Part shown: in pieces, positions 1-12,588 of the stretch
Position numbering within the stretch: position 1 is the first letter of the stretch
How the letters are laid out: every line of letters begins with the position of its first letter
From: Lingula anatina
Taxonomy: Eukaryota; Animalia; Brachiopoda
Assembly (NCBI GenBank): GCA_051362555.1
Contig: CM120643.1
Span: 2,914,001-2,978,000, forward strand
Direction: 5' to 3'
Length of the DNA stretch: 64,000 nucleotides
The notes under the pieces: generated by a model
Database searches by the model: none
The model's input: only the letters and a program-made list of their open reading frames with translations
What the model was told of the DNA's origin: nothing
Translations under genes and position numbers: made by a program

Positions 1-229
1 TACAAAATTTCAGGAAGTCAAGCCATCATTTTTCAAAAAAATTCATGAGCTGTTTAGCTGTCTTTGAAAATGTAGGCCATCCAGTGATACTGGCGGCCAT
101 CCAAATGATGGCTGGATGATTCGCTAAGAAAAGCCTTGCATTAAAACAAATTGTACTTTCTTTGCAATCCTATATATCTAAATATTTGAGGTAGTATCAT
201 ACACTGTATCATACACACTTCTTTTACAG

Positions 230-2121
230 AACCAAAAGAAGAAATACCAGATTCATCTCAAAAGCCATTCGGGTCCAATATCGGTGCTGTTAGTCAACAA
301 AGACTCGGAGTCCACGAGTCCAGTCGTAGTCCAGGTACCTCCGCCTAAAGAGGGCGCTCCTCAGCAGCCCAGCCAAAACGAGAACCCTGCCCCGGGGTCA
401 CCTATGCAGATCAAGAAAGGGGCACAGACAAAGGTGGGTAAAGTATATCTTAAGAAGTGGTGGGTATACCTTTAGAAATATAACAGGGAGTTTTTGTCTG
501 CATGTTTTTGAGGTTGTGCAAAGACCTAAATGTGTACAGATATTAGTATGACATTGTACGGCAAAAAACAAAAAAAAAAATGAAAAACAAAAAAAAAAAA
601 AAAAAAAAAAAAAAGAAAGAAAGAAAGAAAGAAAGAACATTATTTTAGTTGTTAGTACCTGTTGGTTGGTGTTTTACCAAAAAGCCTGACTTTACTGACA
701 ATTTTAATCTACATCAATAGATACGGAAAAGACTTACTGTTAATTTAGTTTTCCGAAACTTAATGAAATATCTTTGCATTCAAATAATAGCATCTCTAAA
801 TTAAAGCACACGATGAAATAATGAACTTGAATTCTGTTTCATGTCATCACAGCATGAACAAGAAGGATCAAATTATTACCATAGATTGTACCCTTTTTCA
901 GAACCAGAGTCCACTAACAAAATCTCCGGGCAAGTCTCCGTTGCGGCAGTCACAGCCGCTGGCAGTGCCCATGGATACCACATCGCCTGCCACTCTACCC
1001 GTGACCACGCGCATGGCGACACGATCGTCTCCGCGTAAAGCAGCAGCATCGCAACAAAACGTAGTAGGGTCACAAGGGCAAGGTGAGCTGAAATTTTGTG
1101 GAAGTTTGTACTCTACTACTTCTGTTGTTTAAAATTGCTGGAGTATTTGTGAGTTTTTAATGGAAAGCATTTGAGATAGCCTGAGAAGTTAGGAAGGGTT
1201 TTCTTTTTGGTGATAGCTGTAAAAGTAGGTGTACCAGAATGCATATTAGAAAGCAATATGGAAAAGGACTTACAAATTATGTTGAATTTGTACTGATATG
1301 GAATAGATTCAACAGAACTTAAGAGAGAAAAAAAAAAGGGAAAAGTATCCATGAAATCTCGCTTGATTCCAATCATGGTAACTTATCAAGTGTTCTTAAA
1401 ACATTTTTGTGTAGAATTTCGATGGATTTTTTTTAAAGCAAGTTTACCCCACTGTCATGCATGTATTTTATTCACAGTGATAAATATTAATTTGAACTAC
1501 TAAAGTGTAACATCAAAATTTTTTCTCAGCTGAAAACGTAACAGAACAGGCGGACTCTTCATCACACATGCCAGCAGACATGATATTTGATCCATCAAAA
1601 GACATAGACATCGATGAACTCATCTCTTCTGAAAGTGAGTACTTTTTAAACGTCTCTAAGCTGTTTAAAAATCGTTATCAGTTGGTGTATTAACTGGTGT
1701 TATAGATGTATAGATTATAAACAACAAGTTGAAAATTACAAATCTGGATAAAACTTATAAACGATAAAGAAACTTAACCCAGTCTCATAAATAGATTGGG
1801 GTCATCTTATAAAGTTTAACTTGACTGTGTATTCATTGAACTAGTCTTTTTGAAAGTGAATATGTTTTTAAAGTAAATAAAAAATTCATAGACAGAGAAT
1901 TGCCTTCCGGCAAAACTTTCCAAGACAGACTTATTTTGCAAGTTTTTACCATAAGTTACTATATTATTTATTAGCTTTTAAAGTTGCGCGTACCAAAATG
2001 TTTCGTTTCAGTGTTTGCTCCACTACTTCGCCTGAGCCCGCCCCCTAGTGACAGGGACTATTATTTCAATCTGGACGACAGCGAGGGCGTCATGGATTTA
2101 TTTGACGTCCCTCTAGTCTAA
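230..2121 (+). CDS. E2F4: E2F4/E2F5-like transcription factor, 3' part (exons 230-433, 902-1082, 1530-1634, 2012-2121; 5' exons lie outside the window)
   Basis: GT-AG exons with consistent phases translate to [22 protein letters not shown] (marked-box region) and end [36 protein letters not shown], the E2F4/5 pocket-protein-binding C-terminus. E2F4 and E2F5 cannot be distinguished; this is probably a single invertebrate co-orthologue. Confidence 0.92.
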
Positions 2122-3793
2122 ATCAGAACTGATCTCTCAAACAAATATGTGTTCATTTTTGGTGGACGAAACAAAGAGGAGAGAAGATTGTACATAGTTT
2201 CCATATGTTTGATTCACTTTATGAAAAGGATGAGAATGATTTGAAATATTAGATTAAAGAGGCGATACTCAGTTTTGCTGAAAACACACTGCTTGTATGA
2301 CTTTGAAGTGGATTGTTGTCACTCTGAATTTTACATTTTGCTGATGACAACTGAGAAAAAAATCTAGACTTATTAAAAAAAGCAAAGAACTGATGAGAAA
2401 TACAGCATGTACAGAAATTGCTACTCTATCCAATATGTTGCAAACACCACTGCAGTCACAATTTTAGAGCGAATTCAAAAGTTGCGGAAGCTTGAAGACG
2501 AGGAATCTTGAACATATTTGAAGAAACCATCACATTTTCTCAGCAACAAAGTCACCTTTGCAGTACCTTTGATGGAAAAGGGCCAAGTTTCATCAACACT
2601 GGATATAGTGCCCAGATCTGGTTTGTTTCACGTGTGCACGTCACACATGAATTCAAAAACCACCATGCCTGTCTCTTGATCTTGACATCCACGTATGAGT
2701 CTAATCAACCACTCATCGGCAAGGGACGTTGACTTGTACTCCATACTTGTGTCTATCACATACTCCTGATCTGAGCCCACTTTGCTTGAAGAAAGGTAAA
2801 TGGGACTGTTTGACAGGCAGAGAACAGTGCACTGTTTTACTTGATTCTAAATTTATGACAATGTGTTTTGCTGCAACTGTAAACTTTACAGTGTTGTATG
2901 CAACTGTCAATAAATAATTGTGTTACTTGGCGCATTGTCAGCAAGTGATGCTGCACTTTAATAATGAAAATTTGAATTGTTGCTTGTTGAAGGATACATC
3001 TATCCAAGGATGAATTTTTTTTTTTTTTGTTTTCGAGATTGTATTCTTCATATCTGGTATAAGGAGTTGGCAGTTTCATTTTTGAAATCAATTTGACACC
3101 AAGAGACATGTAAGAAAATTTGTAAATTTGGAAATCTACAACTTTAATTTTTGGGTGTCTCTCAAAAAGCGTCTGTTACAAAATAATGGTTTTTGGCAAA
3201 TTGGGTGCCCAACATTAATACAAATTGTATTTTGTTGTTTATATATATCACTTCTTTGTCATTGGTTATTTGCTGCACTGTTTAAATTTTTTTTTGTTTA
3301 TTAAAATGATGGCGGGGGGGGGGGGGGGGGTAGTTTAGCCCTAGCTAAGAGAATTTTGGATCAATTAAATTGCAACTGCTTTTTTTTTTGCCATATTTAA
3401 GAAAATATGTGTAAGTCTTACTCAGGAATGCATCCGAATAGATAACAATGAAATGACTAATAGTAACCTTTCAAACTACTTGAAACAGTTATGGTGGCAC
3501 TGAAGAGGATTTGGTAAAAAGTTGACTATTTGATGAATAGTTTTCTTTAATTTTCAACTGTTCTCATTGCGTAGGTTCAACATTTCTATAGAAATTTTGT
3601 TGGAAACAGTGGAATAGATATGTTGTTTATTAAGGTTGTAAATATTTTGTATCCACACAGCAGTGTAAATAAAATCGATTTAACTTTGAGAAGTTGTGTG
3701 GCCAGAAGTTTTTCTTTGATTAGAACATAAGCAAAGTAGAGTGCAGGACATGCATTTATACTTGTAAACAGCACTTCATATTGAGATATTTTA

Positions 3794-3799
3794 AATAAA
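3794..3799 (+). terminator. Probable polyadenylation signal of the E2F4/5 gene
   Basis: AATAAA at the end of a T-rich 1.7-kb 3' UTR-like stretch. Base skew changes from T-rich to A-rich just downstream. Confidence 0.45.
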
Positions 3800-3886
3800 G
3801 TGATGATGAAAAAAATTGTGGCTTGAACTTATTAAGTTAGATTTCAAATCCTTCAAAAATGCTGAACACGGGATGTACAATCAAGC

Positions 3887-3892
3887 TTTATT
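3887..3892 (-). terminator. Probable polyadenylation signal of the kinesin gene
   Basis: TTTATT on + (AATAAA on -) at the start of the A-rich stretch that runs up to the kinesin stop codon at 5675. Confidence 0.45.
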
Positions 3893-5674
3893 TAGTATTA
3901 TAATCATCCATTCTGCATAATTTACAAAAGTAAACTGATCTGGGCACAATATTTCATGTGAAAATCACAGAAATAAAATTTGATTTATAAAAAAAAATGT
4001 AAAATTAATGCTGCATTTTTAGATAATATGTACATCTTTGCAGAAAATTGGACGGGATTTCTGATATGCTGCATCATTTTAATACGAAAATTTTAATTTC
4101 TGTAACAGTAACTTTTAAATTCCCAATGCACATTGCGAACCGTTGGTTAATAATAATCCATTTAACAGCTGGTAATATCATATGGTGAAAACAGACTGAA
4201 AAATTAAAACAAATTACACAAAAAGTGCAGTTTGAAATAATTTTACCTTGTCTATAAGTCTAATTGCACTTTTTCCAATTTGTAGCAAGAAGTGCATTTT
4301 TCACATGTAAGTCTACAAAGCCTTTGATTTTTTAGCAGCAGCTTTAACAATAGAAAATAATTTATCTGGCATAAGAGAGAGAATATTATATTACAGAACC
4401 ACTGAGGAAAAAAAATCAGTAAAAGGAATTATGTACATTGGACTCTGAATACAAAAAGTGTCACCAAAAAATTGCAAATGATGCTCATTAAGTATCAGAT
4501 CAATAGAGAAATAAGATCTAGAACACAGAGCCTTATGGTAAAGTTACCTTGTTTAAAAAACTGGACGGACCTGAAATGAAATACCAAGTATACACAGGTC
4601 ATCTTACTTCAATATGGACAAAACCATCCACACATTATAAGAGGAAGATGCAATAAAAGAGGAAGATGCAGCTTCAGCAGCTAAAGATGCTTACAATGTA
4701 TTACGACTAAGGTACACACTGATAGTGTTGAAAACACTGAACACCATGCTTTTCCTGATACACTTTGCACTGAAATGATCACAAATTATGTGCATAAAAT
4801 TATTTAAAAATAATAAAAGAGATAATCTGAATATATCTGAGACCCTGCATATCGCTGAATATATTATAATATTGTTAAACACTACAACAATACAGGTACA
4901 CGTACATTAAAAACGTATCACAACACAACTGAGCAATACCAGTCTCCGTTTTTTAAACAAATAAGTGCTAAATTCTTCATCCTCCTCCTCATCACAATCC
5001 ACATGATCAAATTGCAATATATCAAAATATAATCTACACCAAAAGGCTATACATGATGATGTGAAAAGAGATAAATGCATAAATATATACACAGTGCATT
5101 GTAGTGATTTTCCATAAATTTAAGTGTATAGGAAAATTCTAAGACATGTAAAAATATACATTGGAATGGTTATAGTTCTACTGAACAAATAAGATACCTA
5201 GAATAAGAGAATAATTCTGTTCTCGATAGCAATTGCATTTCTTTGGTTCATTGTTTATAAGAGATATGAGTTAAGAATAAGACAAGAAGTTGTTAAAGAT
5301 CACATCACTTCAAAAATTCATCAGGTTAATTAATCTAAGTATGGGCATATATGAGATTTTATATATTACATGAGGTAAAGCAGACCTACATACAGTGAAC
5401 AAGTATACATATTTATTCACATCTCATAGCTCTGGCATCTGTTCAAAAGTTTGTGCATATAATGGCATCGTATTTATATGTATGTAACTTTATGAAAAAA
5501 AAAATACCTCCACAGAAAGAACCTCCACATACAAAAGTGAAATCACAGATTTCTTCAACCATTTCTGATAAAACACACAAAGAAGTTTCTCAAGGTCATT
5601 AAAAAATGAAGGTTATTCTCAAATCGCTCACAGGTGCAGTTCATTCTTCAATCAAATATATCTCTCCAATTTTT

Positions 5675-5779
5675 TTACTGTATAACACATGCTCTGCTTT
5701 TTCCCACTTCTTCTCCAGTTTTCCCACTTTTTACCGCACCCTTGTTTCCGTTCTGTACTGCCTTCTGAGCTTGGAGTAA
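5675..5779 (-). CDS. KIF28: Kinesin terminal coding exon ending in CaaX (CVIQ*)
   Basis: Strong acceptor ttctctctccccgactttcag, phase 0, reads [34 protein letters not shown] then TAA. Confidence 0.8.
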   Translation of the reverse strand, partial: LLQAQKAVQNGNKGAVKSGKTGEEVGKSRACVIQ

Positions 5780-8420
5780 CTGAAAGTCGGGGAGAGAGAA
5801 ATTCCATAAGACACAATGTTAATAAAGCATTAAAATGAGTGCTTTAAAATAGCTGACCGCTGTAATCACTAGAGCACATCTTCATTATAAGTAATCTGAC
5901 TTTCAAACCACTGTAATTGTATCAATTTCCAATTTAAATAAATCATTTTTTACAGACACATTAAATCCTTTCACAATAAAATTGTTTCAAACAATATATT
6001 ATTATTCTATTTTACAAACAAAGTGCTTGCAAATCACAGTTAAGCAATAAAGCAGACAACTCTAAAGTTATTCTGACGACCAGCTTTCAAAGCTCAAATC
6101 AAACAGCTGGAATCAAAATCAAAATCGAGGGAAATTTGTCGTCACTTTTGTGGAGATCTTGCAATGCCACTTTTGTACAGGTATAATAAGTAGGGCATGG
6201 TCAAAACATTATACATGAAAACAAACTTAAGATACACATGAATATTTCCCTTGTGTGCTTAAAGGTTCTGAAGACCAGATTATATATATATTTATACCAT
6301 CTCCCTTGTGTGAGGTGCGGTCCTGTTTAGTTTGGTTCCAACTAAATCAGTTCAACATAGTCGCATTTCATTAAAGATTAGACCTTTTTTCTCTGCAGCT
6401 CATCTGACTAAGCCAAGCTAACCATATGCAGCAAATTTGGAAAATCTCTCTTTGAAGACACTCTTAGACAAACTTTCTTTTCAAGCCATGAAGCTGGCTA
6501 ATTTTAGCCAAATCCAAACCACAAAAAAAGAACAATAGTCAAATATGGCTTAAAATTATTTCCATTTGCATTAGCAATTATTAGAATACCTTTAGTAGCT
6601 GACTAATCTTTATTATGCAAAAGCAACCATAATTCTGTTCTCAATAGCAGGCAATCGCGCTAGTAAACTGAGAGATTAATTTGACAGCTCTGGTTAACTC
6701 GGCAAAATCAGACAGCTTGAAGGGACATGTTGTATTAAGAATATTTCAACCTTTCAATAATGTAAATGCGACTAATGATCGGTCGTGCATGTGCTTCCGA
6801 TACCCTTTAATTATCCACCCAGAGGACCAATTCAGATCATACCAAACTTTTGACCCAACTCAGAATATTACAGTTTTTTTTTCATCAAAAATAGAAAGTT
6901 AAAATTGTTATAAAAATATAATAGTTTGCTTTTCAATATTACTTATTTAGTGTCAAGTAAAAACTGGGTCAACTTTATTATTTTAGGTGAACTTACTGAG
7001 ATATAGGTCAAAAGTTACAGGTAATGACCCAAGTACAAATTTGGTTCCTCTGAACGATCCTCCAGATAGGTATAATTTTGATATGTGTATAATATGGGAA
7101 ACAGCTGCATGCAGAATCCAAGGGGGGTGGGGGGGGTGGGGGGTGGGGGTGCACATGGGGGTATCACATTACAACAATGCGACAATAAAATCAGTTTCCT
7201 TTTTTTTTTTTTCGCATGCTGGTGCAAACTTAACACAGGGGCATGTTCACATAGAAAATGAGGGTTTTTGTTAATTCATGCTTTGAAATGAATAAATATA
7301 CTTCCTTGTTTGTAGATTTACACATCTGTCACCTCACAAGTGCAAAACTGAAAATTTAGAAACTAAAAAGGTTTGTTCAGACTGTTTCAGAGTAATAACT
7401 AATTTGGCAGAAAGATACAGAAAAAAAGTTAAAACTCAGAAACAGTCTTTACATACCACAACAGAAATACAAACAGAAGATGACAAAAGAGAGTGGAAAC
7501 AGGCAGTCACCTTTTGTTTTCATGATGAAGTTTTCATTTTTACCATCTAAAATAGCTCTACAGCACCATAATTGACTGTGTCCATTTAGTAGTCAGTAAA
7601 TGAACTAGTATTCCGAGGAAGACTTCGGGGCAAAACAAAAACTAAAAATTCTGCACAAGGTCAAATAGCATCTTAAATTATAACCTTTTGACAATTTTAG
7701 AAGGTAAAAAAAAAAATGAAACTTCATGATGTAATTACTGGTAGACAATAAGATGAAACATTCAGTGGATTCCATCACCTCTTCAAATGAAACAGACACC
7801 AAACTATGACACTATCACTGACCTGAAACCTTATAAATTATCCCCATAACTTGACTAAAACAACAACTTTGTTAGTGGAAATTAGTCAGGGGATTAGTTT
7901 TAACTGTTAATTACATAGGGAAAGAGTGACCTTCAGCATGAGAAATAAAATGATAGACATTAGATTCTCTGCAAAATGCTTGCTCATAATCCATAAGCAA
8001 TTTCAATCGATTTTTAGTTAGTAAAGCCACTTGTAGCACAGATTGAAGCCTTGCAATATCCTTCTTCAAACAAACACAGCTTTCTTATACAAGTGTACTG
8101 ATCTAAAAGCATTTTACAAACAAATTCATCCAGCACTGCCATCAAAAATATATTATTTGCTGTGTTATAATGAAGCAAATAATACTTCAAGCGTCATGAT
8201 AAAAAGCAGTGCACGTACGTCACTGTGGTTTGCCTGCGATTGCTGTGACTGTTCTTCTAACGCCTTAATCCCATGTAAAACCTATAGTGATAGATCACAC
8301 TGTTGATAGCAGAAAATGGTGCATTGAAGATACACTTGCTCACCTTAATACGCATTCTGGCAGTAAGTGCCACAGTGAAAAACAAGTGCTTTGCAAAGCT
8401 TTTGAATGTGATAAGTATTC

Positions 8421-8459
<39 letters not shown>

Positions 8460-10266
8460 GATATGTGTGTGTGTGTGTGATAAAACATTCTATAATGCAA
8501 ATACTTGATTCTGACACAAAGTTACTACTGGACAACAATTATGTACATTACTAAAAAGCCTTTGGCTTATCAATTCTTTAATTTTCTGTTAAAAATAAAT
8601 TGCCCGATGTCACTTTGGTGATTCATATAGTAAACTGTAGTATCACAGGTGTGTGTGATTATTGTCCGATTTATCTTACTGTGGTGATGAAGCAATTACA
8701 AATCAAAGTACAAATTCAGTGCTTTATGAAATAATAAGAAACTGAAACTGCATAAAAATCATATGACGAAGGCAAAGTTTACAGCAAAAAGTGTATATAA
8801 AGTTATGATGAAATTTTCATAAGATATAAAAACCATCCTTTGCCACAAATAACTTGTTACAGAAGCAGTTGTTTAATTCGATAGCCTGTTCTTATTTTGG
8901 CTGAATAAACAAAGTTTAAGTAACATCATAAACAGAAATGTTTGTGGCATAGAATGGAATATGCACATAGAAAAAAATAGTAGAAAAAAATAAAAAAACA
9001 AAAAATAAAATAAAATTGGCTTAAGATATTATATACAGCTATAAAGTTGTTCAATAATAAAAACTATTTGAATAATACATAAAAGCTGCTAATAATTAAA
9101 CCAATTAGTAGTTAGATGACAAATGTGCCTGTTAGTATATTTTGTTAAAATGTTAGTTTTTGAATAATATCAAAATATAAGAACCAATGGATAACCCCAA
9201 AAAGATCCAGTTATCTCAGTCATTGTAAAAGGGAAATATAAAACACTGAAGGAATCTAGGGTTATCACTACCACAGTGCATGTATAGTAACTATTACGAT
9301 AACCACTTATATATTTTAGTGCACTTCATCTATTGAAAAAAAATTAGATCAATAGGAAGACTGACCAATTTCAAGCTAGCTCACTCCTATCAGTAAAATA
9401 AATAAATTAATTAATAAATTAATAACAATAAATATTAATTCCTGGAATCAATAAAATAATCAAAATCTTTCTTTTCTCTTTATATTTTGTTAATCACATT
9501 TTCCCTTCTTTTTTAATAAGATTTTATGCTAGGGTGAGCTTGCTTAGACTGAAGTTCTTCAGAGGTAAATAAAGGACAACAGTTTCCACATACATGTGTA
9601 TCAAACTGTAAGAAAATAGTCTACTACAAGTATGTCGTTTTTCAGAAATACACATTACATGGTAACTTTTTTCACTTCATCACAATACAAAACTCAAAGA
9701 ACCCACTGTGTTATAGAAGAAAATTACATATATATATTTAGTATTTAAACTATTAGATGAATTAAGGTCACATGCCACTGTCAAGGTCATATTCAACTTA
9801 CTTTCACTTTCATTTTCTTAGGTACAAATAGGTCACAAAAGGTAAAATTCGATAAACATCACCAACACCATGGAAAGGTTCAGCTAGCATCACCAAGCAA
9901 CCAAACTGATCGCTATTTACCAGGAAATCATTTTATAAAATGACTACATAAGTCGAATGTTTTCTTACTCAAGAAAATGAACTAAAATGCACTTCAAAAA
10001 TGATCTATAAGTTTGCTTTCCTATTAGTATGCTTCAGTTTTCTCCTTTTTTTATGCACTTTAACTCTTACCCTACAGCAAATTGTGAATGAATTTACAAA
10101 TATAATCTTTGTGGTTATTAACTAGCCTGCACAGATATATCTACTTCATTTAGTATGACTCATCTTTCTGAGAAATTCTCTCAGACAAATAAGCTTTGCA
10201 AAACAATCCGAGCTAAGCTCTCTACCCCCCTCCCCATTAAAAAAAAAATAAATTAAAAAAAAAAAA

Positions 10267-10309
<43 letters not shown>

Positions 10310-12541
10310 AAAGGTTCCAACAACAGGTCACTTTATAACCAACTGAAAATCCAGCAGATTGAAGTACTACAGTTTGTATGGCAATGTCATCTGAACCTTA
10401 ACCTCGTTTTAAACTGTGCCTGGAAATACTTCAAGATGACAATGACAGTGACCAATGACACCCAAGAGTCACATGCGACTATGAAAGAGACAGATGAAAA
10501 AAAAAAAAAAAAAAAGGTCACGAGACTAATTCGACTAATTCTGACACTCACAACGTTAAAGTTCAATAATGACAGAGAAGAAAACATCGAGGAAAAAATA
10601 CAAAGAGAACTCCAGCCCAAAAGAGAAATAATAAAGCCACCAGTTTTGCACTTGTTGGGTATTAACGCCATCAATGGGACGCCAATGACTAACAGTCACT
10701 TACTTCGTTAATTTTGGCTTTATTTTCTGATATCTGAGCTAATCCATTTTCACCATGATGTTTGGTTAAATTTTCATAGTCCACAAACCCATCATTTTCA
10801 CGAGCTTCTGCCACAAAATCTTTCTCTTCCTCTCCAAACACAAACAGACTGATCGTATCATCTGCTTGTTTTATATTACTTTTTGACTGAAATCAAAAAG
10901 ACATCAACCACAGTTCAATAAAATGTGCACCCTATGAGGAAAACCATGTGCATTTCGTACAGACCGGGTCAAAATCTTTCAGGAGATCAGCTGCTGATTG
11001 GCCCAAAAATTGACCACTCAGAATTAACCATAATTCTGATTGGCCAATTAAAAACTTGATGCAGTCACACAAACAAGTATGAACTAGAACCTGGTTTGAA
11101 TATAGACCTACTCTAATGATATAGCACTTCAAATGCCACTTTTTGACAATGCAACCCTGGCATAATTTTATGTAAAAGTTGATGTATAATGCGACTTCTA
11201 TTTTTTATCTTTAAGTTAACTTTCTAATCGAACTGGTGTTAAATAGTGATGTTCATGTCTACCCAATGCTTTAAGCTTTAAAAGTCCTTTCCAACATATT
11301 CATGTATGCTTAGCCAACAAGTAACCAAATACCTCTGAAATGCATGGGCTAATTTTCCTTTCAATGTGGATATAAATAGAAATGGCTACTTACATGACCA
11401 ATAAGAAAGGGGGGTGGGGGGTGGGGGGGTGGAACAATATGAAATTTGGAAGTGGTCTATTAATAGGCATGAAAAGTTCTAGTTAATAAGTTTGCATGTT
11501 GTGTGCTGCTACAAGTTAACCTGGAATTTGATCTATGATATATTAAATTTTTATCATCAAATGTTCATTACAACTATAATATGTGAAAAAAATCAAAACA
11601 TGTGACCATTATCTCTAATCAAGGAGACCATATACACGATACACCTCCTTGTTTTAATGTAGCACATGTATACAAAATCCTCCCATGGGGTCTAGCATCC
11701 AACTAAGCACTCTTTATAGGTAAAGCCAGTTATCATCCTATATTTGTCCTGCTTATAAGGAGCATAATAGATACAGTAACTACAAGTTATTAGTCTTACA
11801 TTCTCAGAGGAGTTAGCTTCGTAGGTCTTGTGTGCTTGTATAACCTAGTGTGTTAGAACAAAATGTGAAATAAAAAAAAAAACAAAAACATAACAGTACT
11901 GTTAGTGAAATCAACATGAAATAATGTGAAATGTCACACAGCTTGAGAAAAAGTGAGAAAATGCTCATAGAAGCTTCTGACAGCCTACAGACTGAAGGTG
12001 TATTTTTCTTTCTACTAGTACAAGCGTTGTAATAGACTATAATACTTTGGTATGTAAGCTTTATAAGACAGGCAAAGCTCAGTGCAAGGCTTCTTCAACT
12101 TTCCTCACAATGTAGGATTGAACTGACAAATTATATTATTTCAAGAAAATATCGACTTAAATTTTATAATTTCAAAATTTTATTAACATTCTATAATTCT
12201 ATTGCACTTTTGTGAACCTATTGCACTTTTGTGAACAGGAGTGAAATAGTTCAGAATAATGAAATATACATATTTCATTTCATTTCAAACTGTTCAAATT
12301 CGGTCCTGAATAGTTTTTTTTCCTGATGAGGAAGGCACGCACAGAGCAACTTTCCTATTTTTTTTCTAAATCTTGCTCAGTAATATACTATAAGCCATAC
12401 AAGAGATAGAGAAATTGCAAGAGCAGTTCTGTAACTACCTGGGCCATCTTATACCCCTTCAACATCTAGGAAAAGGAAGTAAGAAACAATATAATGGAAT
12501 GTAAAAAGCAAAATAAAGATAATTGATAAAGCCATGCAAAA

Positions 12542-12588
<47 letters not shown>

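Noticed and set aside
7511-7830. Further AG...GT segments in the last kinesin intron
   Set aside because: Phases or in-frame stops are incompatible with the phase-0 flanking exons.
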